A DNA stretch of 62,311 bases, filler included. It is 6 parts of 6 records of this genome, joined end to end, with 100 filler letters (N's around TTAATTAATTAA, not from the genome) between each part and the next. Parts side by side here need not be neighbours in the genome. Positions count along the whole stretch, not along the records: positions 21,307 to 37,484 come from SRR31156797_8610; positions 37,585 to 43,679 come from SRR31156797_8613; 4 more parts are not named here. One strand, given 5' to 3'. Below are positions 33,721 through 43,779 of the stretch, in pieces (within the stretch, counting starts at the first letter, position 1; every line of letters begins with the position of its first letter). Under the pieces are notes generated by a model, which had not been told where the DNA came from, made no database searches, and saw nothing but the letters and a program-made list of their open reading frames with translations. Made by a program: the position numbers and the translations under genes.

Positions 33721-36279
33721 ATGCCTTTAAAAAAACAGATAAAATTAAAATCCGCCGTTCTGTTGCCATTCGTGATCATTTTTGTGGTCACGTTTGGAGT
33801 CATTGCTGTGTTGCAAAAAACCAACTATGAGCAGATGGTTCAAGACATTAGCAGTAAACAGCTTACCTACCTGACTGATAACGTTGAACAACGATTACAT
33901 AACTTCCTTGAAGAACCTTTCCTAGCCAACCTCAACATGAGCCATAACATTGGGCTTAGTGGACTGTATGAAGTTGGCGATACTAAGAAAATAGAAGCGT
34001 TTTTTCTTTCTAATTTTTCTGACCTTTATCAGACTATTCCACAAATGGATGTGGTGGGTTTCGGCGGAATAAACGCTGAGTATGTTGGTTTTCGTAAAGA
34101 GCATGACCAAACCTACACCTTAATGGTTCAAGACGACCGAACAAAAGGCAAGTTGGTTATCTATCACGGTAACAAAGTGAGCGACAACATACGCTCGGTT
34201 ATCGACAACTATGACCCAAGAATTCGTCCTTGGTACACCCCGGTTGCAGAACAAAGACAATCGATGTGGTCTGATATATATGCTAATGCTGACGAGCGAC
34301 AAGAAATCACCCTTTCTTCTCTTACTCCAGTATTCCAGTCGAATCAGTTTGTCGGCGTTGCAGTAAGCGATGTGAAAATTGATACCTTTAATTCGTTCTT
34401 AAGAGATATGAAGCAGCAAACTGATGCCGATATTTATATCTTTGATGCAGACAATCGACTCGTCGCCCACTCAGGCAGTGGTGGTGTAGTATCTTGGGGG
34501 ACAGAGAAAACTCCGAAAGGAAGTCGCCTACTCACCACGGAAAGTGCAAGTCCGGTTATACAAGCGAGTGCGAGGTACATTCAACAGTCCGAGACAGCAT
34601 CAAACCTAAATCAAACCAATAACTTTGTTACTAATATCAACAATGACCGTTACTTTAATAAAGTAACACCGTTTAATGATCCACACGGTTTACACTGGTT
34701 TATTGGCATATCAATTTCAGAACCTAAGTTACTCGGAGAAGTACCTCATAACCAACGTAATAGCTGGTTAGTCGGTTTATTCATCAGTTTGTTTGGCATC
34801 ATAATTGGTTATGTAACCTTCAATAGAATTACAGCACCAATCACATCAACAGCCGCTGCTGCAGAGCATCTTGCAAGGGGTGATTGGAAAAGCCCTATGC
34901 CCAAATCTGGACACATCTATGAAACCAGTATGTTGGTTAAAGCATTTAATGAAATGGCCAACAACCTGAAAGCTTCTTTTAAAGCGCTCAGAGCCCAGCT
35001 AGTTTTCGACTCACTGACAAAACTCTATAGCCGTGAGGGATTGATTGAAACCAGTAGCAACCTTAAGAATTTAAATGGTTGCCTGTATTTAATCGGGATA
35101 GATAAGTTCAGGGATATTAACGACAGCTTAGGTCATCAACAAGCAGATCAGCTACTGGTAATGATTGCGCAAAAACTACAAACTGAATTTGCTCAAGATG
35201 CTTACATTGCCCGCATCGGCGGTGATGAGTTTGCTCTTTATCTTCCTCTAGTTAATCGAGAAGATGAAATCCACTCTGAAGCACAACGCATTTTGCACGT
35301 TTTTTCTACCCCATTTGTTATGCCACTAGAGCAAATCGCAGTGAATGTTTCCGTCGGTATCGTTCATAGTTTTAGCTCATCCAATATGACGGTTTGGCTG
35401 AGGAATGGCAGCATAGCCTTGAGTAACGCTAAATTAGACGCAACTCGAATCAGTTACTATGCACCAGAGATGGATGGAGTATCAAGAAAGCGTACTCAGA
35501 TGGTTACGCAGCTTAAAATGGCAATCGAAAACGAAGAGTTTGTGCCTTTTTATCAACCTATCGTCGATTTACGAAGCGGCGAAGTGCTTGGTGCGGAAGC
35601 GCTGGCTCGGTGGATATCTCCTGAGTTAGGCTTAGTACCACCTAACGATTTCATTCCAATAGCCGAAGATAGCGGCTTGATCAACACCATTGGTGAACAG
35701 ATTCTACTCCAGTCTTGCTTTGATACTGTAAGAGGCATTGAAGAAGGAAAATGGTCACATGACTTCCGTATGCACGTAAACCTATCCGTTAGCCAGTTGT
35801 CCAGTGCCCAGTTTTTACCGCAGCTTAAAAATATCTTAGCAACAACGTCATTGAGTCCAAGCAACCTGACACTTGAGATAACCGAGTCAAAAATTGTAGA
35901 TAGCGACCCCGTTATTTTTAATAACATGGTAGCAATTAAGAACTTAGGCATCCATATCGCCATTGATGATTTTGGTACAGGTTATAGTTCCTTATCTTAT
36001 CTTCATAAGCTCCCATTCAACTGTCTGAAAATTGATCGCGCTTTTGTTGTTCAGTTAAAACAAGAACAGCTAGAAAGCAGCATTGTTGCTGCTATCGTAA
36101 ACATGATGAAGGGCTTCAAAGTCGAACTGGTGGCTGAAGGAATAGAAACTCAAGAGCAAGTTGACCTTCTCAATCAGCTACAGTGTCCTCAAGGCCAAGG
36201 CTTCTTATTTAGTAAACCTATTCCTTATCAGGAGTGGCCAACAAATTTAGTTAACATGAAGCAACAATCAGCAAATTAG
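33721..36279 (+). CDS. Membrane-bound Cache-HAMP-GGDEF-EAL protein
   Basis: Two transmembrane segments, YDPRIRPWY Cache motif, RIGGDEF, AEAL and DDFGTGYSS. Confidence 0.92.
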   Translation: MPLKKQIKLKSAVLLPFVIIFVVTFGVIAVLQKTNYEQMVQDISSKQLTYLTDNVEQRLHNFLEEPFLANLNMSHNIGLSGLYEVGDTKKIEAFFLSNFSDLYQTIPQMDVVGFGGINAEYVGFRKEHDQTYTLMVQDDRTKGKLVIYHGNKVSDNIRSVIDNYDPRIRPWYTPVAEQRQSMWSDIYANADERQEITLSSLTPVFQSNQFVGVAVSDVKIDTFNSFLRDMKQQTDADIYIFDADNRLVAHSGSGGVVSWGTEKTPKGSRLLTTESASPVIQASARYIQQSETASNLNQTNNFVTNINNDRYFNKVTPFNDPHGLHWFIGISISEPKLLGEVPHNQRNSWLVGLFISLFGIIIGYVTFNRITAPITSTAAAAEHLARGDWKSPMPKSGHIYETSMLVKAFNEMANNLKASFKALRAQLVFDSLTKLYSREGLIETSSNLKNLNGCLYLIGIDKFRDINDSLGHQQADQLLVMIAQKLQTEFAQDAYIARIGGDEFALYLPLVNREDEIHSEAQRILHVFSTPFVMPLEQIAVNVSVGIVHSFSSSNMTVWLRNGSIALSNAKLDATRISYYAPEMDGVSRKRTQMVTQLKMAIENEEFVPFYQPIVDLRSGEVLGAEALARWISPELGLVPPNDFIPIAEDSGLINTIGEQILLQSCFDTVRGIEEGKWSHDFRMHVNLSVSQLSSAQFLPQLKNILATTSLSPSNLTLEITESKIVDSDPVIFNNMVAIKNLGIHIAIDDFGTGYSSLSYLHKLPFNCLKIDRAFVVQLKQEQLESSIVAAIVNMMKGFKVELVAEGIETQEQVDLLNQLQCPQGQGFLFSKPIPYQEWPTNLVNMKQQSAN

Positions 36280-36359
36280 TCCGATATTCGCTATGAGGTC
36301 TACTGACATGTCTAACAATGGTTCTTATACTTCACCCAGACATAAAATGGGAACGCATA

Positions 36360-37364
36360 ATGATTTCTAAAAACTTACCATTAACAGACTTACATCGTCA
36401 CCTTGACGGAAACATCCGTACTCAAACCATCCTAGAGCTGGGGAATCAGTTTGGTGTGAAGCTACCTGCGGACAGCATTGCTGAACTCACTCCTCATGTA
36501 CAAATCGTAGAAGCTGAGCCTTCATTGGTCGCGTTCCTTTCCAAACTAGATTGGGGAGTGGCGGTTCTGGGAGATTTAAAAGCTTGCCGTCGCGTTGCTT
36601 ATGAAAATGTTGAAGATGCGTTAAATGCACAGATCGACTATGCCGAACTGCGTTTTTCACCTTACTACATGGCGATGAAACATAACCTACCTATAGCAGG
36701 TGTAGTAGAAGCCGTTGTAGATGGCGTAAGAGCCGGTGTTCGTGACTTTGGTATCCAAGCTAATCTTATCGGCATTATGAGCCGTACATTTGGCTCAAAA
36801 GCATGTCAGCAAGAACTCGATGGCATCCTCTCTCAAAAAGATCACATTGTAGCGGTAGATTTAGCGGGGGATGAGTTAGGTCAACCCGGAGATCGATTCG
36901 TTAGCCACTTTAAACAAGTGAGAGATGCGGGTTTAAGTATTACGGTACATGCTGGAGAAGCAGCCGGACCAGAAAGTATGTGGCAAGCAATCAAAGAGCT
37001 TGGAGCGACACGTATCGGTCATGGTGTAAAAGCAATCCAAGATCCAAAACTGATGGATTACCTTGCTCAGCATAAGATAGGGATCGAATCTTGTCTGACT
37101 TCAAATATCCAAACTAGTACAGTAGCGAGCTTGGCAACGCACCCTCTAAAACAATTCTTAGATCATGGTGTACTCGCCTGTCTGAATACCGATGACCCAG
37201 CAGTAGAGGGCATCGAGTTACCACATGAATATGAAGTCGCTGCGCCCCTAGCTGGATTAACCCAAGAGCAAATCCGTCAGACCCAAATAAATGGCCTAGA
37301 ACTGGCCTTTTTGTCTGATGCAGACAAAGCCGCACTTAAACAGAAAGTCGCTGCTAGGGTTTAA
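36360..37364 (+). CDS. add: Adenosine deaminase
   Basis: [17 protein letters not shown] and NTDDP motifs. Confidence 0.96.
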   Translation: MISKNLPLTDLHRHLDGNIRTQTILELGNQFGVKLPADSIAELTPHVQIVEAEPSLVAFLSKLDWGVAVLGDLKACRRVAYENVEDALNAQIDYAELRFSPYYMAMKHNLPIAGVVEAVVDGVRAGVRDFGIQANLIGIMSRTFGSKACQQELDGILSQKDHIVAVDLAGDELGQPGDRFVSHFKQVRDAGLSITVHAGEAAGPESMWQAIKELGATRIGHGVKAIQDPKLMDYLAQHKIGIESCLTSNIQTSTVASLATHPLKQFLDHGVLACLNTDDPAVEGIELPHEYEVAAPLAGLTQEQIRQTQINGLELAFLSDADKAALKQKVAARV

Positions 37365-37376
37365 TTTTAATCCTTT

Positions 37377-37406
37377 AAAAGCCGACGCATTAGCGTCGGT
37401 TTTTTT
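37377..37406 (+). terminator. Terminator after add
   Basis: AAAAGCCGACGC-ATTA-GCGTCGGTTTTTT. Confidence 0.85.
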
Positions 37407-37484
37407 ATATCTGCTCTTTAAGCTTTTCTGCCGATCTTAAGACGAGACACATAAACGTAAAAAAGCCCCGTCATTTCTGACGAG

Positions 37485-37584
37485 NNNNNNNNNNNNNNNN
37501 NNNNNNNNNNNNNNNNNNNNNNNNNNNNTTAATTAATTAANNNNNNNNNNNNNNNNNNNNNNNNNNNNNNNNNNNNNNNNNNNN
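37485..37584. other. Artificial contig spacer
   Basis: 100-nt N run with TTAATTAATTAA. Confidence 0.98.
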
Positions 37585-38200
37585 AGGCCCATTAGCAGAT
37601 GTTCAGGCTGCTGGGTAGCCAACTAACTACCTGCTGATATTGTATGATGACATCAAAGGGTAACACCACGGCCCGTAAGAGGCCCCTGTCAGTTTTTAAC
37701 AGTTGGGTCGACTCAAGCATGCTTCGGCGCACCTTGAATTGTGATATGCAATCGGCCAACTGGGAGCTAAAGATACAGGAATAGCCTAAATTTCCATTTT
37801 TGTTTAATTTTTTAGGATTGCCATGGGGGATTTTTTCTCCTCGGGTAGCTCAAGCTCAGTCGGTCAAAATTAATATGAGAAATCTTACCTTTAGAAAAAT
37901 CGACTCCCAGGGGCATTGTATAGACGAAATGAGTCAAGCAAAGACCTGACCGATTAAGTATTTTTCTAATCGCCGCATAGCTCGACAAAGTTGGCGTGGA
38001 TCCGGCCTTTTTGCACTGGCCATTTGTGGATACCGCCTGCACCAGATGTAGTAATCTACCTAGCAGTGAGGGCAGGCGTCACCAGCATGGTAGCCCCAAG
38101 CAGGAATAAAAATGTAATCCGCAGTATATCATTTTAAGACGGTCTGTAATTTCCAGGTGCTCGCCGCAATATTCATTAACTAGCCTGATCGGCGAGGCCG

Positions 38201-38518
38201 TCACGGCGGCAAACGGTTCGGCAAACAATAGACGTTCTCAACGCCGTAGCCCGTGCTGGCTGGCTTATCGCCCAGGACAGGGCCTGTTGAAACAATTGCT
38301 CTAGCATTATTTGAGGCATTGAGCGCCAGGGGCGTCCCGTTAATCATGAGCGGGGTCCAGTCGTCTGGTTTGCTTCGTTCGGACTGGCGATTTTCGGTAT
38401 TTAAACCTCTATATCGTCGCCGGTATGCGCGCCCACTATCCACCAGGTGCCGCCACGGACTGCCCGTTGGGGGGGGGAGTATTTTAGCTTCTGCTTTTTC
38501 CTGGATGTCGATCAGCAT
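38201..38518 (-). pseudogene. Probably decayed small hypothetical gene
   Basis: Good AGGAG RBS and start. After a G9/C9 tract (38469-38477) the protein-like sequence appears in another frame (VRGGTWWIVGAHTGDDIEV then stop) before returning (DWTPLMINGTPLALN). Confidence 0.4.
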
Positions 38519-38542
38519 ATTTCTCTCCTGGTCCTTGACTTG

Positions 38543-40006
38543 TTATTGAATTGCGCCGCAGTTAACGGTACTGCCCGGTGTAACAATTCTGCCGGAGCCG
38601 TCGGTGATCGGGGTGCCTTTGAAGTCCTTTATGTTTGGGGTGCCTTTCCACACTGAGCTGTCGCAGGCATCAATAGCGGGGGAACCGGCCTGGAGACTGA
38701 AATCAGCCGCCTTGGTGTTGCCTGGGTTGACAAAGCGCGCGGCAGCATTGATTGCACCTGTGCCTACTATGGGGGTGTAGCCTCCGCTTGATGTTTGGAC
38801 GCCATCTATCACGTTGGCATTTATATCTAAAACCTTGGCTGGCAGCTTATCCGCCTTATAGCCGAGCTGGAAAAGGACACCGCTTGCGAAGATGTTGTTT
38901 TTGAACTCCGCATCCTGCAGCAGCGGGTCAAATATCCTTACCCCGCCCCAGCCAGTGTTACGGTTACTGCCGTTGAGGTAGAGGGTGTTGTTGTAGATTT
39001 TAACGCCAGATACAGTGCCGCTTTTATCGCTTGATGATTTATCGTGGAAGACAATCCCACCACGATCTGCACCAACCAGGATATTATTGTCTATAGTGAC
39101 GTTGGACAGGTTCCCCACGCCTTCAGATGCAACCATCATTGCCGGACCATAGGTGTCGTAAACAAGGTTGCGTGTAAATCTAATGTTGGATGTATCCATG
39201 CCTGCGGTCTGGCCTGCATCGACATATAACGCATTGGGATTGAGGTGGTGCAGGACGTTAGCTTCAACAATAATGTCAGTACAGCCGGCTTTAACGTCTA
39301 TGCCCAAGCCGCCGTCAATATCGCCGCGCCAATCATGATGAATGTGGTTGTTGTAGATATACCCGCCAGCGATCCCGCGTACAGACATGCTTTCCTCAAC
39401 GCTATTTTTGCACGCATATTCAACTTCGTTGGAATCAAATGTGATGTCGCTCCCCACGTTGGCTTTGATGCCTGCACCGTCTGTATGGGAGACCTTGCAG
39501 CCCACAACCTTACCATGCGCAACGTTGTAAAGCGAGATACCGGCATTGTTGTTGCCAGCATCAACGGCAACATTTTTTACTTCCAGATTTTTAATGGTGA
39601 TATAGCTTTTTTTTACTGCCTTAACAAAGCCGCCGTAGCTTTCGCTGTAGCTTGACCCTTCGCCGTCAAACAAAGGTCGATCACCTTTACCATAGTCCCC
39701 ATATGTGACAACACCGGAGGCATCGCCGCTGCTGGGGATGATTAGCTGATCGTTCCAGGTATCGCCCCGTTTGAAAAAGATGCAGTCTCCCGGTTTGAGA
39801 GATTTCTTGTTATTGACTTTACTGACTGTTTCCCATGGTTCCGCTTTGGTTCCTGGATCATCATCATTGCCGCTGTTGGCCACGTAATAGGCGGTTCCTA
39901 GGCACGTTTCCGTCTTGGTCGCTGCGAATATCAGCGGGACTTGCATAAAAGCGTTCGCTCCTGCGGAAAAGATAAGTATGCAAAAAACAGAGATTGAAAG
40001 TCTCAT
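38543..40006 (-). CDS. Secreted right-handed parallel beta-helix (pectin-lyase-fold) protein
   Basis: Signal peptide, YYVANSGNDDDPGT...PW, PGDCIFFKRG, repeated I.NN/I.HH rungs and DFSLQAGSPAID C-terminus. Confidence 0.85.
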   Translation of the reverse strand: MRLSISVFCILIFSAGANAFMQVPLIFAATKTETCLGTAYYVANSGNDDDPGTKAEPWETVSKVNNKKSLKPGDCIFFKRGDTWNDQLIIPSSGDASGVVTYGDYGKGDRPLFDGEGSSYSESYGGFVKAVKKSYITIKNLEVKNVAVDAGNNNAGISLYNVAHGKVVGCKVSHTDGAGIKANVGSDITFDSNEVEYACKNSVEESMSVRGIAGGYIYNNHIHHDWRGDIDGGLGIDVKAGCTDIIVEANVLHHLNPNALYVDAGQTAGMDTSNIRFTRNLVYDTYGPAMMVASEGVGNLSNVTIDNNILVGADRGGIVFHDKSSSDKSGTVSGVKIYNNTLYLNGSNRNTGWGGVRIFDPLLQDAEFKNNIFASGVLFQLGYKADKLPAKVLDINANVIDGVQTSSGGYTPIVGTGAINAAARFVNPGNTKAADFSLQAGSPAIDACDSSVWKGTPNIKDFKGTPITDGSGRIVTPGSTVNCGAIQ

Positions 40007-40007
40007 T

Positions 40008-40436
40008 TTACTGCCCCCAGATAAAAGGCTTGGACAACTCGATCTGTCAGTTTATGATAGAATTTACACTACAACCGAAGTTAAGTTCGACCGTGCCATT
40101 TTGATTGATTGTAAATGTGCAGTAAATTTCCTCTGTGGTGATACGTGATCCGCTTGGAGCCGTTTGGGCGATTGCAGCCGTTGCTGTAGAATTGATGATA
40201 TTGGCAATCATATTAATTGATTGAGAGGTTATGCTTTCAACTATCACTCCGTACTCATACCTTTTCCAGGTATCGAAGGTGACCACCTGCTGGAAAAAGT
40301 CCAGCGAGGATGAGGTTTAAAGCTCAATAATGCTATAATCGCCGTCATCTGTAAAGGTTTTGTCACCATCAGTAGAGGTGATGTTCAGGAAATATATTTA
40401 CTTTTGCTGGGAGGAAATAGCCGTACCCAAGGCTAC
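40008..40436 (-). pseudogene. Decayed beta-rich ORF upstream of the beta-helix gene
   Basis: One frame reads VALGTAISSQQK*IYFLNITSTDG...IEL*TSSSLDFFQQVVTFDTW...NSIIN*QIELSKPFIWGQ*, ending 1 nt before the next ATG; three internal stops. 5' limit approximate. Confidence 0.5.
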
Positions 40437-40531
40437 GTGTATCAATGAGGAGATTGAACCGATCACATTGCTGACAAGTCGATAAAAAGGATATCAAATG
40501 TGTCGAACATAACCAGTCAGTGGTCAATCAT

Positions 40532-41806
40532 TCAACCTAAGCTGTCTAGAAAAGACTTAATGCATTCACAGCCTTGTTCAATTTTAGAAAAATGCGTTGT
40601 GAAATAATTGTCATCAACATTTTCTGCTCCTGGCCATGTGCGTAGCACGTGCTGACCATCAAAGTCGACTCCAGCTACACGGCAACTGAAACTGGTTACA
40701 GGCATATAGAAATCTGAACCAGGTAAAACAGCCAATTTATGTTTTTCAAGCAAGACATCTGCCATCTTGGAGGAAGTGAGTATGCCGATATCGTGCAGCT
40801 GGCTGGAGAAATTTTCAAAATCAGGAAAAAGATAAAAAGAGCCAGCCGGTTTGGGGCAGTTCAAGCCCATGTCAATAAACCGCGTATGGAGATATGAAAG
40901 AATATACCGATAAATATCACAGGTTTTTTTCACAAACGGCCGTACCTGTTCAAAATCACCATAAGCCTTTAAGCCTGCATATTGAATAGGAGCACTTACA
41001 GCACTGAAGGTTTCACTGACCACGGATTTCAATGCCGACATCATTAACTCCAAGGAGTCAGGTATCAGCATCACTCCAAGGCGGTATCCACCGGCACCAA
41101 AGGCCTTTGAAAGACCTCCTGAAACAATGGTTCCTTCAGGATAGTACTTTGCCAGGCTACCCATGGGCCAATGGTCAAAATCTATCATGGCATATATTTC
41201 GTCGGAAATGACAATAACATTATAAGCCCGACAGATTTCGGCAATCTCTTGAATTTCTTTTTCATGATAGAGAGAACCTGTCGGGTTGTTAGGGTTATTG
41301 AAGATCAATAACTTCTGCGATTGTCCGGCACTATAGCAGGCTTTGTCCAGGAGTTCGGGGGTAATTCGATAATTATTTTCCCGACTCGTTTGTATGGGAA
41401 TAATTTCCTTTCCTCGCAGAGCAGCTTGTGGCCCATAACTGACCCAGCTCGGAACAGGTACAAGCAGGGGACCTTCCATCAAATAAATAATCTGGAAGAT
41501 GAGTTCCTTGCTTCCTGGGCCGATGCACACCTCATGCGATTTGAAATTGTATCCAAACTGCTCCCTGTAAAAAGAGGCAACCGCTTCGCACAGTTCGGGC
41601 AACCCTTGAGTGGGAAGGTAATCCTTTTTATCTGCATTATTACGAAGTGCCTCCTGGATAACCTCAGGAACAGGAAAAGGTGATTGCCCAAAACCAAAGT
41701 GAACAATATCCTCGCCCTGTTGGCGGAGTTCCAAAGCCTTGAGGTTTATGGCCAGGGTGGCTGATTCTTTCAGACTTAATACTAGTGGATTTAAAGCGGG
41801 TCTCAT
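40532..41806 (-). CDS. PLP-dependent aminotransferase class I/II
   Basis: NNPNNPTG, SDEIY and SKAFGAGGYRLG motifs. Confidence 0.93.
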   Translation of the reverse strand: MRPALNPLVLSLKESATLAINLKALELRQQGEDIVHFGFGQSPFPVPEVIQEALRNNADKKDYLPTQGLPELCEAVASFYREQFGYNFKSHEVCIGPGSKELIFQIIYLMEGPLLVPVPSWVSYGPQAALRGKEIIPIQTSRENNYRITPELLDKACYSAGQSQKLLIFNNPNNPTGSLYHEKEIQEIAEICRAYNVIVISDEIYAMIDFDHWPMGSLAKYYPEGTIVSGGLSKAFGAGGYRLGVMLIPDSLELMMSALKSVVSETFSAVSAPIQYAGLKAYGDFEQVRPFVKKTCDIYRYILSYLHTRFIDMGLNCPKPAGSFYLFPDFENFSSQLHDIGILTSSKMADVLLEKHKLAVLPGSDFYMPVTSFSCRVAGVDFDGQHVLRTWPGAENVDDNYFTTHFSKIEQGCECIKSFLDSLG

Positions 41807-42279
41807 TCCTGGTTAGCTCTAGTTATATTATAAAAAATTGTATTAAAAGCGTTATTAACGCATACATTGTGTTGCAAAGAATTGCAAGAACACATTGTTT
41901 TGCTTAAGCTGGAACTATTTACCTACTCATTCACGTGTTTTTGTATTTCCCAAAGTTATTTGACATGATGATTATACTTTGGCTTGACTTACCTGCGGGA
42001 AATAATTGCCCCTTGGCAATGCTAAGAACTTAAACAGAACACGAAATCAAGTTTCTTCCTGTATCCCCTAAGGAATAATAGATGAGGAAGAAACTAAATC
42101 AATTTATCATGCTTCCTGCCCAAGGCAGGATCGCAGAGTTTTTAGCCAGCTATAGTGAAGGTTTTGCGAGGCAACCTTTGCAGGATTTACGTTAAAAAAC
42201 AAGGAATCGAGTCAAAACCGCCACACGCTTGCCCCAAACCTTCACGGCTCTTTGTGGCTTTTTTTCGAATCATGTGTCC

Positions 42280-43209
42280 CTATTCGAACTTGTCCCCCTT
42301 GGGTTTTAACTCTATGGTTTTATATCCTTCTGGCGCCCCAACGTTAGAGTAGTGAGTTTTTCCAAATTCATCCACCCAACGATAAACGACATCATTTTTA
42401 TCCATACCAGAATTGGTAGGCAGGTCAACAGAAACAGGATCCTCTTCAAGCGGATTAGTGCCTCTTAAAGCGATCTTTACCTTTTCAACAAAAGGAGTTT
42501 GGAAATTGATAAAAAAGCTAATTGCCGTCATCACTATCAATCCAGCAATACAGATCTTTATAAGAAGAAGTGGTTTGCGCGGAGCCGCTCTTTTACTTCC
42601 ATATTTTTTATTCAGGTAATTTACATGAGCCTGGCTTGTTTTATGATCACCATCGAGACGTCTCTCTTCGATCAGTATTAAAGCTGTTTTACAATCCTCT
42701 GGACTGAGTACTCTTCGAGATTTGCTCTTAATGTACTTTATGAATCCAACACCTTGGGTAACGTTTTCCGGCATAGGGGTTTTGAAAGTGCTGTCACCGA
42801 CAAATGTAATCAGAGAAAAAAGCTTTGACGAATTTACCCTCAAGAGCGTTTCCAATGTTTTTATGTGCATGTAGTTCTGCCGGAGAGGATTTTGGAACTT
42901 ATTGGTGTGCTTGTAAATTTTTTGGGTCCAGGTAGCTTCTTTTTCACCACCGAATATCCAGCCTGTCATATTCTTTGTCTCAACGACAAAAATCCCATAG
43001 GCAGAGACAATAATATGATCTATTTGGGTTGTTCCTTCGGCAGCAGGAAGAGTGACGTCCTTTAAGAGAAAGTATCGTTTTTTATCTAGGAGTAGCTTAA
43101 TAGCAATATTAACAATAAATTCGCCGAGCAGACCTTTCCCTTTAGATGTTCTAAAAAACGAAATAACCAGGATGAAAAAAACAACAGACAAGTAGAATGC
43201 AAAATTCAT
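42280..43209 (-). CDS. NERD-domain protein with transmembrane segments and a C-terminal DUF4124-like motif
   Basis: GLLGE...TTQIDHIIVS..GIFVVETKN...FQNPLRQN; C-terminal VYRWVDEFGKTHYSN. Confidence 0.85.
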   Translation of the reverse strand: MNFAFYLSVVFFILVISFFRTSKGKGLLGEFIVNIAIKLLLDKKRYFLLKDVTLPAAEGTTQIDHIIVSAYGIFVVETKNMTGWIFGGEKEATWTQKIYKHTNKFQNPLRQNYMHIKTLETLLRVNSSKLFSLITFVGDSTFKTPMPENVTQGVGFIKYIKSKSRRVLSPEDCKTALILIEERRLDGDHKTSQAHVNYLNKKYGSKRAAPRKPLLLIKICIAGLIVMTAISFFINFQTPFVEKVKIALRGTNPLEEDPVSVDLPTNSGMDKNDVVYRWVDEFGKTHYSNVGAPEGYKTIELKPKGDKFE

Positions 43210-43519
43210 CAGGTGCCCTCTTTCTCCGTGAGAGAACCTTCCTCGTTCTCCTCATAAAATCTAACTAGCGCTCCTCTCTTTTTTTCAAAAATATCCATGG
43301 CCCTTGTTGAGAAATATTTCCAGACTCAACCATGGAGCAGAGTCCTAGCCAGAGAGCATACAAATATAATACTTGGTCGTCCCCAGGGTATTTGTCTAAC
43401 AGAGAGTGCCACTCTTCCCAACTACCGTGGTCTTTGCAATAATTCTTGAAAGGCTCCTCGGAATAAGCACCTGTAGTAATAAAGAAAAAGAAAGGAATGA
43501 TTAAAATTAGCTTTTTCAT
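43209..43519 (-). pseudogene. Exported helical hypothetical protein with a single frameshift
   Basis: MKKLILII signal peptide at 43519. A shift near 43303 gives AMDIFEKKRGALVRFYEE...EGT* ending in a TGATG overlap with the NERD gene. Confidence 0.55.
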
Positions 43520-43679
43520 AAATAAAGTTAATGAACTACCACCAAGAGCGGGGAGAGATATGGTCAATAGAGTACATCTCCGCCGAAAACCGTACAATAA
43601 AGGGCACGTAACGACCTTTTTAACCGTTAGAGACCGTTAAGCCTTCACCGAAGGCCCATTAACGGGCCCATTGATTTTT

Positions 43680-43779
43680 NNNNNNNNNNNNNNNNNNNNN
43701 NNNNNNNNNNNNNNNNNNNNNNNTTAATTAATTAANNNNNNNNNNNNNNNNNNNNNNNNNNNNNNNNNNNNNNNNNNNN
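43680..43779. other. Artificial contig spacer
   Basis: 100-nt N run with TTAATTAATTAA. Confidence 0.98.

Noticed and set aside
40008-40436. Stop-codon recoding in the interrupted ORF
   Set aside because: Both TAA and TGA interrupt it and neighbouring genes use normal stops; ordinary decay is simpler.
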